64,000 nucleotides of DNA, from assembly GCF_964204645.1 (NCBI RefSeq), contig NW_027437471.1, forward strand, positions 5,463 to 69,462, read 5' to 3'. Made by a program: the position numbers and the translations under genes. Positions 1 to 14,504 of the stretch are shown piece by piece. The notes beneath the pieces were generated by a model that made no database searches, had not been told where the DNA came from, and saw nothing but the letters and a program-made list of their open reading frames with translations. Position 1 is the stretch's first letter; the number at the start of each line of letters is the position of its first letter. The stretch is from Tubulanus polymorphus. Its lineage: Eukaryota; Animalia; Nemertea.

Positions 1-464
1 AGTGTTCAGTGCTAAGGTTGAGAGGTTTTGTTATTTTGTTCGTATAGGTTGTTCTAGTTATTTCTTCATTATACTTTTATTACTTTGATTCTTGATAAAT
101 GAATTTTGCCTTAAATTTGCATATAGCAGGGTTTAAATTATATATTCTATGCCCGAGTCGGGCTATTATTCTATTAGCAAAAATGACACCACAGCTTTGA
201 GAGATCAGGGGATCAGGGGATGACTCTATTGTTTTTATGGATATGTGATACACAGTCAAACCATCATAAACAGAACAACAGTAGGCTGCCCATACCGGTC
301 GGCACATATGAACCATATTCATTTGGCTTTAAACTTAAAAATTGCAGATCTGAAATAAGTGGCAGCATATCAATCTCCAGGTAGATGGCTGGTTCCTGTC
401 CCTGTCAAATGGCAAATTGGTCCCGATCCCAACTTCGTCCTAGAATAGAGAAAACTTGCGTCAG

Positions 465-625
465 GGATCATCCATTTATTACGTACGCATAAAATTTGAA
501 TTTTTCAACCCCCTCCCCCTCTATACGCAAAATCGGCGAATTTTTTCATATACATTAAGCATTACAGTAGCACTGACCCCTCCCCCTACCCTCCTCTCCC
601 CCTCCCCTAATGCGTACGTAATATG
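465..625. mobile_element. MITE-like insertion present only in duplication copy A
   Basis: ATTACGTACGCA / TGCGTACGTAAT inverted repeat; missing at ~13145 in copy B. Confidence 0.6.
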
Positions 626-2220
626 TTCGATTGAATTAGCAGCAGCATCAGCCTCACTTCTTTCCGGAGAATCACACATAAAAATTCTGTACAGAATAAT
701 TATGATGAAATACTCACCATTTCTAAACTCATATCAGATTAGTTCAGTGCCATCTAGCAGGATTTCACTTCCAACAGTCATTATGTCATGAAGTTAAGAG
801 AACTGATGATTTTCTGAGAAAATAAATTCTTAAAACGATAGCAGCAGCTTCAGCAACTAGAGCTTCTTTACTCTTTGAAGGTGAATATTTTTAATTTCTC
901 CAGTTCCAATAAGTGTTGGGCGTATTGCATTCTGGAAAGAGAAAATTATGCCAGAAAATGGTTAATGAAATAGATAGAAACTGCAACTGTTCAATTGACA
1001 GAAAACCTACCGGGTTAATGAGTAGTTTATCACAATGTGTCGAGTATATGCAGATTTCTGAGAGGTTTGATGGTAGCTTTAGACTGCGTCCTCAAGTAAA
1101 ACGTTGATACCTGCCAACATTGACCGATCAAAACATCATTTTCTGGACTTGATTTGAAGATCACCACAAATTACTGCAATAAATCAATATAAAACTCACC
1201 GACCAGAATAGAAGTGATTGAAATTTCGCCTTCACTGATTAATGTAGCTTCTAATCAGGAAATGAGTTTATAAATGTACAGTCAAACAGAGACTAGAATC
1301 TGTAGAGATATTTACCGGTACTGTATTGGTTTTGAGGATCTAAAGCGATGTCCATCTTAAACAAATGTGAAGTGAATTCCCAATGTTTACTGTTCACAGA
1401 TTCTATCAAGGGTTCCAGTTATTTCAGCTCCTAAATACAAATTTTAGAAATTGTCAGTTAAGTTGTTATGAAATAAGAGCAGTTTCACACCAAATCAAAC
1501 TAAGCCGTGATCTTTGATTGATTGAATGCTGGAAACATAAACAGATAGAATAATTTATATAGAACAGTTCTCTAAAAATAATGAATTTCCAAACAGGTTT
1601 TACCTGCTACTGCTGCTGTTGCAGCTGCTGGTGGCGCTGTTGCTGCATGGTGCTGGTACTGCGGGTACTGCCAGTGCTGTTGCTGCTGCTGTTGCTGGTG
1701 GCGCTGTTGCTCCATGGTGCTGGTACTGCGGGTACTGCCAGTGCTGCTGTTGCTGCTGCTGCTGCGGTGTGTATCTCATCCTGTAACTGAGAGTAAAACA
1801 GTAATTTTTAGTTCAAAAATAATTAAAAATATCCACAGAGACTGTGAAGAATTCTGTGGAGAAATTCATTACCAGTTTTGTACTTACCTTTAAATGAGCC
1901 TGTTTAAATAGTAAATTCTATTGCATTCATTTCATTCTGAAAAGAAAAATAAGCAATAATCAGTGACAATAGAGCAGAATGTAACATCTCAAATTATCAA
2001 TCAATCAGACAGAAACAGTACAGGATTTCTGTAGATTAAACTGCTGTACTTATTTCATACTGATTGAACAGTTACAGATACATGTAACATTGTGTACAGA
2101 TACAGAGATACAGATCACTGCATTACTTCATCCTGTGATTGAACAGTGATTTAATGTTCTCTCATCTTCATTAGATTCCCATCCATCTAACTAAAACATC
2201 AGAACATTTTAACTCATCTA

Positions 2221-2520
2221 ACCTCCCGACCCGACCCTCCCAGACCCCTTCCCTCCCGGACTCCTTCCCTCCCGCCCTCCCAAACCCCTTCCCTCCCGCC
2301 CTCCCTGACCCCTTCCCTCCCGCCCTCCTGGACCCCTCCCTCAATGCCCTCCCACCTGGCCCTCCCTCAATGCCCTCCCACCTGGCCCACCCTCAATGCC
2401 CTCCCACCTGGCCCACCCTCAATGCCCTCCCACCTGGCCCTCCCTCAATGCCCTCCCACCTGGCCCACCCTCAATGCCCTCCCACCTGGCCCTACCTCAA
2501 TGCCCACCCATCATGCCTCC
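2221..2520 (+). repeat. C-rich tandem repeats (21- and 26-bp units); similar tracts at 5720-5970, 15478-15610, 18790-19100
   Basis: cccttccctcccgccctcc and ccctcaatgccctcccacctggccca units. Confidence 0.85.
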
Positions 2521-3874
2521 TCAACTCTTTTGTCTCCTCTTCACACACCACTCATCTGTACAATAACTACAAAACGATTTGCCATTTTTCACGATCATAT
2601 CAATTTCATTTATAAATCAAAATCCTTAATCAATTGCATCATTGATGGGACTCACAGATACTTTCTCTACACATTTTGGAGGCATTCAGATGACCTCAAA
2701 TGATCATATGCCTGGGTTGGTCTTGAAAATCACAGGGCTTCATTTTTACAGATGATTTCTTTATCAATTTCATCAAATTATTCCTATTATTTCTACTCCC
2801 TCTAATAAGTATTCACAATATATCTCAGTTTCACGACAAGTTGCAGCAGTCGTCTGTAAACAGATTTCATTTCATCAAATGATGCGAGTTTGAGTTGTAG
2901 AGGTTTCATCTACAAAACATCAAACTAAACCTGAGGAACTTAATGTTGTAAGGGAGGGGGAGGTATATGGAGGGTTCACCCGAACCGAGGAAATAAACCC
3001 GAACCAAACCTCCACACTCACAAAATGTCGTGAGAAAGGCAAACACAAACCAAGGACAAGAATGATGGCTGAGATCAAAACAATTAATGCTATTTATGTT
3101 GCTTCACCAATTCAACATGACGTCACTAAATGGAACCATTGTGGACTATTTCAATACTCTCTACCAGAGGTTTCATATAAGCAAGTAGTTTATGGAATCC
3201 TATTCATAAAAGTTATTAATCAATGTTTTTAAACTGCTGATGCAAAACATATACGTCATAAATAATCTGTTTGATTGTCTTTTCAAGTTAACACTTAAAC
3301 CCAGTGGAACAAATCAAACTCCAGCCATTTTTCCTTCATTTGCCATTTTTCGTTTTTACTCTTTTCTCTGATTTTTAGCACTTGAGTCGAGGTAGGAATA
3401 GACCCCTGCGCGCTCGCTAAGCGTGCAGGACACTAAACCTTCGAATTGCTCTCGACCCTTCTCTTTATATTTCATCTTTTTTGAGTCGAGGTAGGAATAG
3501 ACCCCTGCCCGCCCTCTAAGCGTGCAGGACACTAAACCTTCGAATTACTCTCGGACCCCACTCTTTATATCAGCATTTCATGCTGTTTTATTTTATTCAC
3601 GCATTCGCTTTACATTTTTTCATATGGCTTTTCCTTATTTGTCGTCTCACTAAAATTCTCATCAGTTCCGACAGGGATCAAGTTTAATCTTTTAGAGACA
3701 AACAGCAAAAGGTTGTGTTAGTTGCACCAGCAGCAGCAGCAGCAGCTGCAGCAGCACCAGCAGCAACACTGATACAGATGAATCTTTCATTAACTACGTC
3801 ATTTGTTCCATTCTCAAATATTGAGTCATGAAGGCAACAGAATAACTTTAAAAAACGTTAAATCTTTCATTTAT

Positions 3875-4252
3875 GGCCTTGGTTTAGTGACCTAAGCGTC
3901 AAAGTTTGGTTCATAGCCCAGGTTGAGTGACCAAAGAGTCAAAGTTTGGTTCATGGCCCAGGTCTGGTGACCAAAGAGTCAAAGTTTGGTTCATAGCCCA
4001 GGTTTGGTGACCAAAGAGTCAAAGTTTGGTTCAAAGCCCTGTTTTGGTGACCAAAGAGTCAAAGTTTGGTTCATAGCCCAGGTTTGGTGACCAAAGAGTC
4101 AAAGTTTGGTTCATGGCCCAGGTCTGGTGACCAAAGAGTCAAAGTTTGGTTCATAGCCCAGGTTTAGTGACCAAAGAGTCAAAGTTTGGTTCATAGCCCT
4201 GTTTTGGTGACCAAAGAGTCTAAGTTTGGTCTATGGTTCTGATTTGGTGACC
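3875..4252 (+). repeat. 40-bp minisatellite (also 16943-17320)
   Basis: gtgaccaaagagtcaaagtttggttcatagcccaggtttg units. Confidence 0.9.
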
Positions 4253-7029
4253 ACGGAGGGTAAATATAGCTCATGGCCCTCGTTAAAGGTAAGTCAGTTT
4301 TATGGCTCTGGTTTGATTAGCAAATAACATGAGAAATTGAGCGTTGCATATGTTGAATAGGGGAATTGGACTAAACACTCATCACTAGAATAAAGTGAAG
4401 AATTATGTTCACACTGAATGGGCTCAAAATCTTGTACTAATTGATAAAGTCTGAAATAATTCTGACTAATTTGAGTCTATCGGAAAATGATGCATTGATC
4501 GAATTCTAAAAGCTATAAACTGACAAATTGATCGAGCACTGATAATATTTTAAATAACAGCGGAGGATGAAATAACTTTCATAAACTGATATGATCGTGA
4601 AAAATGGCAAAATACACTAGATATCCCCGCTTTATCAGAGTCTCATTGTAGTAGGAAGATTGCCGTAGACTAACTGTAAAAACTACAACTACATCTGGTT
4701 GAATATCATTTGTTTTTACGGCTTTTAAATTCAGTAAAATATTTCCTGATAGAAGTATAATTAGTTCGCAGCCCCTTAAATTCTGTCTAGAATAGAATTA
4801 TAAGTCACGGGTAGAAATAGAATATTATCCTATTCTAAAATGAATATAATAATAGAACAATAGTCTCTCCGTGTCAATCTTTGTCCCACCTAAAAATTGT
4901 ACAGTTTATTTCAGAAAATATGTCCCATCTTTTTGAAAACGATAACTTATTATTAAGGATATCTATGAATAGTGATATACTGTGCCATGAAGGCAAATGA
5001 AGAAGTGTGTCAATAAAAGTGATTACAAAACATATCACTTATTCTAATGAGTTCTATACTCTTCTTCCAAAAATGAAGAGTAGGTCTCTGTCTAAGAATC
5101 TGCAGAAAAAAGAGGAAGCAGCAATGAATGTGAACTGCATCTCGACTCTCGTCAATAATTTTGTAAGTCGTCCTATACAGTTCTCAGTATTTACAGCCGT
5201 TTTTAAAATAGCACAGAAGAAAATACATCTTTCAGCTGGAAATGTATCAGTAAACCGCCAGATATCAACAGTAATTATTACGTATGATTGTTGTTTCATT
5301 CAATTATTAATGAAACCGTGTTTTGATCGGAGCCAAGGAGCAGAACTTGTGATCATTCAAAAAATATCTCTCATTCCTGACCACATTAAATAATGGCCCT
5401 AAAAATTGAAACGTCCCAATTCAAAAATCTGGGGCAATTATCTCATAACGATTGAGAGAAGTGACGGTGAAATAACGTGCGCACTCACCGGGGATCAAAC
5501 CCGGGTCTCATAGAAATAACAACCAGTAAAATAGAACGAGTCCAATTGGCCGATGGTTATACAGCTTGTCATGCATAACAACTGAAACATGACATGTTGC
5601 AGTCACGTGTTTCATAGTGATTAATCATTTCTTAGAATAATAAAAAGATGGGACACAATTTCTGAAATATCCTGAACTTCAAGACTAAAACTACGACTAA
5701 ACCACCTGTACCTGTACCTAAACCCTAAACCCCCACCCTATATTGCTCCCTCCAAAGTCCTAACACCACCCCTACATCCCTCCCACCCTCCGGGACCCCA
5801 TCCCTCCCGGACCCCTTCCCTCCTGCCCTCCCTCCCACACCCCTTCCCTCCCGCCCTCCCTCACCCCATCTCTCCCACCCTTCCTCCCAGACCCCTTCCC
5901 TCCCACCGTCCCCCACCCCAACCCTCCCTCCCTCTACCCCTTCCCTCCCCCCAACCCTACCCACCCTCCCTAAATCCCGTGGTTAGGTGAGTTGAATGTT
6001 CTGATGTTTTAGTTAGACGGATGGGAATCTAATGAAGATGAAAGAACATTAAATCACTGTTCAATCACAGGATGAAGTAATGCAGTGATCTGTACTCTGT
6101 ATCTGTACACAATGTTACAATGTATCTGTAACTGTTCAATCAGTATGAAATAAGTACAGCAGTTTAATCTATAGAAATTCTAACTCTTAAGATACACATG
6201 ATCTGATTATCACGAAGGAACATGATTGATAACAGTTGTATTATTGACATCAGGAACCAGTTTCATATTGATTAGAAATAACATTTGAGTTGATCACAAT
6301 TTAGAAAACCTGTAAACCCGCTTACAGAAATAACAATCCCAACCATGAACTGATTATAGTCAAATATTCATCAAAAGAAATTTGAAATGATTGAATAACT
6401 GCAACAGGTTTCTGAGATTTCATTTCAAAACATGGTTTATAACAAACAATATAAAATTGGTCCCTTAAAATCAATTCAACACCCGATAAATAAAGATTAA
6501 TGTTACTTATCTTGAATTTCCACATAGGCTTTAGTGATTCCTGATGTCATGCTGAATCCAAGAGTGATTCCCGATGTCCTGTGCTAAATCAAAAAAAGTC
6601 TGGTAGTAAAACACTGATTCCTTGTTGTCCTGTGCTGAATCAAAGAATGATTCCCGATGTCCGGCGCGAAACCAAAAGTCTGATTGTGAAACACTGATTC
6701 CTTGTTGTCCTGTGCTGAATCCAAGAGTGATTCTTGTTTTCCTGTGCTGAATCAAAATTCCCGTTGAACATGTTGAAGTGATACCTATAATAGACAAATC
6801 TTAGATTGTTTTCTTTCCTTAGAAATAACTGCAGAAATATCAAATCTAAAATTCAAACTTACAAATTAGATTGTTCGCTCCAATCTGCAGTTCATTTATT
6901 CACGGGGTTTTTCTATCCACAGTTTAGGTTTTGCATCTAGAGTTGAACATGAAATATAAACAAAAAGGTAATGAAAAAATGAAGTTTAAATATTATCTGT
7001 TTCTGAAACCAATGATCATGAAACCAATG

Positions 7030-7468
<439 letters not shown>

Positions 7469-8785
7469 ATATCACAGACGAATGGAGGCAAGTAGGACAT
7501 CAATCCTCCTGCGGCAGGGACTCGAACCTGATGGCATCCAGATTGCCACGGTACGAAACCCTGCCACACTAGACCGAGTGCGCAGCAGCTACACGTGCAG
7601 CTTAGTTGATGTCATTAATAGCCAATTAGAAATTCAGTTTTATTTTAGCCCGGGTTTTCCCATTTATAGTTCTTCCGTGAAATTTACCTCAGCGATTAAC
7701 GAGCAATCTGATTGGTGCCGCAAGATTTCGCGCGGTAAAGCTGCGCATGTACCTGCGCACCCGGTCTAATGTGGCAGGGGTTCGTGCCGTGGCTGAGTGT
7801 AGCAAGCGATGTCATCAGGTTCAAATCCCTCCCATGGGAGGATGTTGGTGTCCCACATGTTTGACTGCGATTAATAGGCCTATAGGTTAAGCGACATATG
7901 AAGTAAACTTACACTGTTTGATGTAATCAGTCGATGGAATCATTTTAGAACAAATTCATCACAAAACAGCGAGGTGAAGCCCATCGTGGTCCAGATATAT
8001 CAGGATGGAATGACGTTATGCTCGACTGAGCGCCACCATATGTGCACCGTTTGTTTGTAGGATGTGACTCTGAAATAATATGATTTCCCACAATATCTGA
8101 GATGGAATATTTTTCGCCATTTAAACCAATGTTACAAACACTTACCAAATATTGAAATACTGATTTCAGGGGTCGGGAAGGAGGGTGGCAATGTTTAGGT
8201 GAGGTTTTTGCTTAATTTCGTGTTATATGGTAAAGCACGCCATTTTGATATTGCGTCATAGTGTACCTCAGATTGGGATTCCCGCCGCTAGACTGGTCAC
8301 CGCCACCTGTATTCGCAGGTAGAAATGGCAACCAGTCTATGCAGTCTCGGCTTCTTTTCGATTAGATTAGGTTTTATATTCTACGCAATATTCAAAGAAT
8401 TTATTCTAATGAAAACCACGCTCTTTACCAATCTAATCATTCGTTTCGAGGTTTCCGTAATTACTACTTTAGTTCACAGAAATTCCGCTATCGTTATTCA
8501 ATGGGGCAGCACTGAACGGTTGTAATTTGATGCAGTCTTGCTATTTTACTGCGGCATGTGAGGAATACAGATTTTTCTTAAGTCAAATTTCATTCATCAC
8601 TCAACACTAGTTTGTTAGAAATTAATAACTCAACCAACATTAGAGCTTTATATAAGGAGAGTAAATGGTATGATAGAATCTCCCTAATTCCGATCATTGG
8701 GACCAACAAAATTCATCCGTTTTACGGCAAATCCGGATTAAAAGTCATTTTCGTGTATATTAATGATTAAATTGACTGTAAATAT

Positions 8786-10603
8786 TATCCGGATTAGACC
8801 AAAAATCGGATTATGCCGATGCGGATTAAACGATTTAGTTTGACTGTATTAGCCAATAGAATCAGTCTTCGCCCATCGAACTGGCCCCAGGGTACAAAAA
8901 TTACCAAGAAACAAACACTGACGAGTGTTGGCCTGTTTAATAAACGCAGTAACCCTAGTGTGGGCCTGGTGAATAAACGCAGAAACCCTAGTGTTGGCCT
9001 GGTGAATAAACGCAGAAACCCTAGTGTTGGCCTGTTACCACACTGACCAACCATATTCACAAACCACGGCAGCCATCAGAACTCAGTGGTCTAGTGGTTA
9101 GCGTGCTCGGCTGGCATGCTGGAGTTCGCAGGTTCGAGTCCTGCTAGGGTTAGGGTTACGGTCGATGTAGGGTCAGGGTTAGTGCCTCAGGTTGGGGCTA
9201 GTTTTTGGCCCAGCGAGGTATTTGTAGTACGAGATGATCATCTGTTTGACTCGGGTTATTTTTTGGTCAATAGATTCTATACTAACTTATATATTTTGAA
9301 CACATATATTTGCTTTATCTAGTGGAGGCCAATTTATTTAAAAGATACTTCGCTCAATACAGTAGTTTATTTCTAAATGAATAAAAGAGTTGGTGACATT
9401 ATTCAATATATATAAAAACCACAATATCTACTTTACGGTTGGTATTTCCACTCTTTTCCATAGGTGTCGCTTTGGATAAATGTCTATATCTCTTGACCCA
9501 ATGGACCGATTACGATTAAACTTGATACACAGGAACTTTTATCAAGTAGCACTCGGGGTGGGTGAAATCGCTCTAGGTTGAAGTTACACTGTCCTAAAAT
9601 GGCTCCAAACAACGTGAAATTGGTAGTTAGGCCTACTACGAGTACGGGTAGAACACAGGGTAGAACACAGTATTATCCGGATTAGACCAAAATTCGGATT
9701 AAGCCGATGCGGATTAAACGATTTAGTTTGACTGTATTAGCCAATAGAATCAGTCTTGGAATACAGAAAGACGTTCACGATTGAGTTATGTACAAATACC
9801 GATATGAGAAAAGCTTAGATTCACCTCCTAAGCCATCACCCATGGAACTGGCCCCAGGGCACTAAAAAGGCAATTACCAAGAAACAACCAATGACGCGAG
9901 TGTTGGCCTGTTTGATAAACGCAGAAACCCTAGCGTTGGCCTGTTTGATAAACTCAGTAACCCTAGTGTTGGCCTTGTACCACACTGACTACAAGTATTC
10001 ACAAACTAGGACAGCCACCAGAACTCAGCGGTCTAGTGGTTAGCGTGCTCGGCCGGCATGCTGGAGGTCGATGGTTCGAGTCCTGCTAGGGTTAGGTTTA
10101 CGGTCGATCTAGGGTTAGGGTTAGTGCCTCAGGTTGGGGCTAATTTTTGGCTCAGCGAGGTGTTTGTAGTACGATGATCATCTGTTTGACTCGGGTTATT
10201 TTTTGGTCAATAGATTCTATACTTACTTATATATTTTGAACACAAATATTTGCTTTATCCTTAGAGGCCACTTTATTTAAAAGATACTTCGCTCAATACA
10301 GTAGTTTATTTCTGAATGAATGAAAGAGTTGGTGACATTATTCAATATATATAAAAACCACAATATCTACTTTACGGTTGGTATGCAACAATTTCCACTC
10401 TTTTCCATAGGTGTCGCTTTGGATAAATGTCTATATCTCTTGACCCAATGGACCGATTACGATTAAACTTGATACACAGGAACTTTTATCAAGTAGCACT
10501 CGGGGTGGGTGAAATCGCTCTAGGTTGAAGTTACACTGTCCTAAAATGGCTCCAAACAACGTGAAATTGGTAGTTAGGCCTACTACGAGTACGGGTAGAA
10601 CAC
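8786..10603 (+). repeat. Local tandem duplication (~8786-9657 and ~9671-10603)
   Basis: ttatccggattagacc...gagtacgggtagaacaca occurs twice. Confidence 0.8.
9078..9200 (+). mobile_element. tRNA-derived SINE-like head fused to TAGGGTTAGGG; copies at ~10020, ~22577, ~24550
   Basis: A-box GGTCTAGTGG, B-box GGTTCGAGTCC and T-stem GCAGG/CCTGC; no acceptor-stem 3' strand, replaced by telomere-like repeats. Confidence 0.7.
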
Positions 10604-11088
10604 ATTTTGAAATCGTATCGTTGTAGGTTATCGTAAAGAAGATGAATACGACGATTAACAGTACAAATATCGTTATAGACACGGTTTTAGTCGAGACATT
10701 GATGGCCGGGTTTAACTATTCCTGGATATGACCATGTTTCACAATTAAATTCATCTTCTGAATGAGGACGACCATCGAACACGTGTCTAATCGCGTCATA
10801 ATGGGTACGGGGTGTCCCGCGTTCGAACCAAGTAATTACTGATACTGGTTCAGAGTGGTCTTTGTACAGGGGTGTCCCGGGTTCGAACTGAGTAGTGGTC
10901 CAAGTTGTCCTGATGCTGAATGGAGGATGTACAGGGTTGTGTCCCGGGTTCGAGAACCAGTAATTACTGATACTGATTCAGAGTGGTCCTGATGCTGATT
11001 AGATGATGTACAGGGGTGTCCAGGGTTCGAACTCAGTAGTGGTCCAAGTTGTCCTGATGCTGAATGTAGGATGTACAAGGGTGTCCCG

Positions 11089-11256
11089 ACCGTACGGTGC
11101 TGCCGCTGTGCTCATCGTTAGCGGGATTTCCATACACTAACTGAAGTCAACTCTGGCAATCGTCGTGCTGTCCAGCTATACTCCGTAACCCTTGCTTGCA
11201 TACGTTAGTGTATGAAAATCCCGCTACCGATGAGCATAGAGGCAGCACCGTACGGT
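11089..11256. mobile_element. Palindromic MITE-like element, ~52-bp arms
   Basis: accgtacggtgctgcc...catacactaac / gttagtgtatg...ggcagcaccgtacggt, interrupting a tandem repeat at 10805-11420. Confidence 0.75.
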
Positions 11257-11565
11257 GAAATGTTGATATCTTAAAAGTAATTACTGATAACTGATTGGTC
11301 CTGATGCTGAATGGAGGATGTACAGGGGTATCCCGGGTTCGAACCAGTAATTACTGATACTGGTTCAGAGTGGTCTTGATACTGAATAGAGGATGTACAG
11401 GTGTCCTGGGTTCGACCCCGCCACGAAAAATGATTAAATAACGCACACACGACTTACAGCAACAATCATCTATATTTATTCCTCATTGTCATGTAACACA
11501 CCCGGCCCAGTTCCACAGTTGTGAGTTAGAGTTAAAGTTAATTCACTTTCAATGAGTTACCCCAG

Positions 11566-11672
11566 GGCCCAGTTTCACAAAAAGGTTTAACTCTTAAATC
11601 GATTTAATTTCTTCATTAATTCAGTTTATCTTAAATCGATTTAGGCCTTAATCCTTTTTGTGAAACTGGGCC
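11566..11672. mobile_element. MITE (GGCCCAGTTTCACAAAAAGG TIR, CAG target duplication; PIF/Harbinger-like) nested in a related MITE at 11504-11711
   Basis: TIRs and 3-bp CAG TSD visible directly. Confidence 0.8.
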
Positions 11673-14504
11673 CAGAGTTAAATCTTAACTCAACAACTGT
11701 GGAACTGGACCCTGCCCTTTTAAGAATAGTAGTTGGACCATCGAATTGAAACCCTCGCATACCAGGGTAAGACAGAAAAAATGAATCCCTCGAGTAGAAA
11801 CCAGGGGTCGCAGTTTCACAAAAAACGATGCATTAACTGAATTTGTGAAGAAATTTAATCTGGATCAAATCTCACAAAAACAGATGAACTTCATGAACTC
11901 AGTTTCTCTTTTTTGTTGATCTTTGATAACTAATCCGAATATGTGAAACCGTACCCTCGGTAGGATTTGGTTTATGATGCGAGGGTTTCAATCAGATTTA
12001 GATGCCGCAGTTTCGCATACTGAATAGCGAGTGTCCAGTTTCACAGAGAAAGTATGAATCAATTTCAACTAGGGATTTACTTTTTTCTTCAAAATAAAAT
12101 GTTTGAACACAATTGGTTTGTGAAACTCTATACCCTAGGCCCAGTTTCTTCAAAAATATTCATTCATTGAGGCGGTGAAGTCGAATTGAGTAAAGTTTTA
12201 TGAGTAAATTATTTCTATGAAACTGAACCCGTGGGATTTACGAGTGACGCACTGAGTGTGTGTGAAACTGCTGGCGTCTGTAATCACAACTAAAACAACA
12301 CAGAAAATTCATCTTTATTTCAAATAAAACAGAACAACAGTTCACACGAAATATTACGTATAGTCACATAATAAAGAAAACCTGTCGATATTTCAACTTT
12401 ATGGTTTCATTGATTGAGTGACTTAAAACATGTCCATATTACATCATTATACAATATGTGTATCATACAATTTTTTACAAAACCAGACCAATAAAACTGG
12501 GTCGTGGGGTACAAACAATTACAAACTAATGCAACCAGTTATCGCTGCTTTACAGCTACATTTAATCTTCAATTTCAATTTTCACTAAAACTTTAAAACC
12601 CACTATATAGAAACTTAATAGAAATAAAAGACACAACATTTTGGAGTCTCTGTAGAGACCATTATCAAGTCTGAAGAATAACTAAAACAGGGAAAAACAA
12701 GTTCATTAGGAAAGTAAAGCGAGTGTTCAGTGCTAAGGTCGAGAGGTTTTGTTATTTTGTGCGTATAGGTAGTTCTAGTTATTTCTTCATTATACTTTTG
12801 TTATTTTGATTCCGATTCTTGATAAATGAATTTTGCCTTTTAAATTTGCATATAGCAGGGTTTAAATTATATATTCTATGCCCGAGTCAGGCTATTATTC
12901 TATTAGCAAAAATGACACCACAGCTTTGAGAGACGAATCAGGGGATGACTCTATTGTTTTTATGGATATGTGATACACAGTCCATCAAACCATCATAAAC
13001 AGAACAACAGTAGGCTGCCCGTGCCGGTCGGCACTTATGAACAATATTCATTTGGCTCCAGGTAGATGGTTGGTCACTGTCCCTGTCAAATGGCAAATTG
13101 GTCCCGATCCCCACTTCGTCCTAGAATAGAGAAAACTTGCGTCAGCAAATATTACATAGAAAATGTTCGATTGAATTAACAGTCAAATGGGAATTGTTTT
13201 CATGACATAATTCGGTAACTAGAATTTATAATTACCTTATAATTCTAGATAATTCAACACCATTATTCAATCTTTGATCACTTTTCAAACTGTTCTATTG
13301 GACAAATTTCATGCTGCAAAAAATCATTATACTATGAAAATACTAAGTAATGTATTTATAGCAGTCTGAAATTGGGGCTAAATTCTATTAGAAAATCAAT
13401 CATTTTCAAACTTGTGTTTAGCAGAATTAAGAATCACACATAAAAATCCTGTACAGAATAATTAAATGTTAGAATATTATGAAATTAGAGCACAGTGGAG
13501 TGATGAAATACTCACCATTTCTAAACTCATATCAGATAAGTTCAGTGCCATCTAGCAGGATTTCACTTCCAACAGTCATAATGTCATGAAGTTAAGAGAA
13601 CTGATGATTTTCTGAGAAAATAAATTCTTAAAACGATAGCAGCAGCTTCAGCAACTAGAGCTTCTTTACTCTTTGAAGGTGAATATTTTTAATTTCTCCA
13701 GTTCCAATTAGTGTTGGGCGTATTGCATTCTGGAAAGAGAAAATTATGCCAGAAAATGGTTAATGAAATAGATAGAAACTGCAACTGTTCGATTGACAGA
13801 AAACCTACCGGGTTAATGAGTAGTTTATCACAATGTGTCGAGTATATGCAGATTTCTGAGAGGTTTGATGGTAGCTTTAGACTGCGTCCTCAAGTAAAAC
13901 GTTGATACCTGCCAACATTGACTGATCAAAACATCATTTTCTGGACTTGATTTGAAGATCACCACAAATTACTGCAATAAATCGATATAAAACTCACCGC
14001 TTCTGATTTGATTGATTTGTGGAGCGCGATGTTAACTGCAAGTTCAGCTTTATTTTAGACCCTAGAATACATCAGTTGTATAATTTTGATGATTCGAACT
14101 TTGACCAGAATAGAAGTGATTGAAAATTCGCCTTCACTGATTAATGTAGCTTCTAATCAGGAAATGAGTTTATAAATGTACAGTCAAACAGAGACTAGAA
14201 TCTGTAGAGATATTTACCGGTACCGTATTGGTTTTGAGGATCTAAAGCGATGTCCATCTTAAACAAATGTGAAATGAATTCCCAATGTTTACTGTTCACA
14301 GATTCTATCAAGGGTTCCAGTTATTTCAGCTCCTAAATACAAATTTTAGAAATTGTCAGTGAAGTTGTTATGAAATAAGAGCAGTTTCACACCAAATCAA
14401 ACTAAGCCGTGATCTTTGAGTGATTGAATGCTGGAAACATAAACAGATAGAATAATTTATATAGAACAGTTCTCTAAAAATAATGAATTTCCAAACAGGT
14501 TTTA

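Larger units (their letters stand above)
2023..6180. repeat. ~200-bp inverted repeat pair (2023-2225 / 5983-6180) enclosing ~3.8 kb; also 15280-15480 / 19112-19307
   Basis: tagattaaactgctgtacttatttcatactgattgaacag...catcagaacatt is reverse-complemented at 5996-6173. Confidence 0.85.

Noticed and set aside
5007-5393. 128-aa ORF and other short ORFs in the left half
   Set aside because: Non-ATG starts, no motifs, frameshifted in the duplicate copy
9078-9145. Functional tRNA gene
   Set aside because: No acceptor stem, irregular anticodon arm, followed by telomere-like repeats; treated as SINE-like
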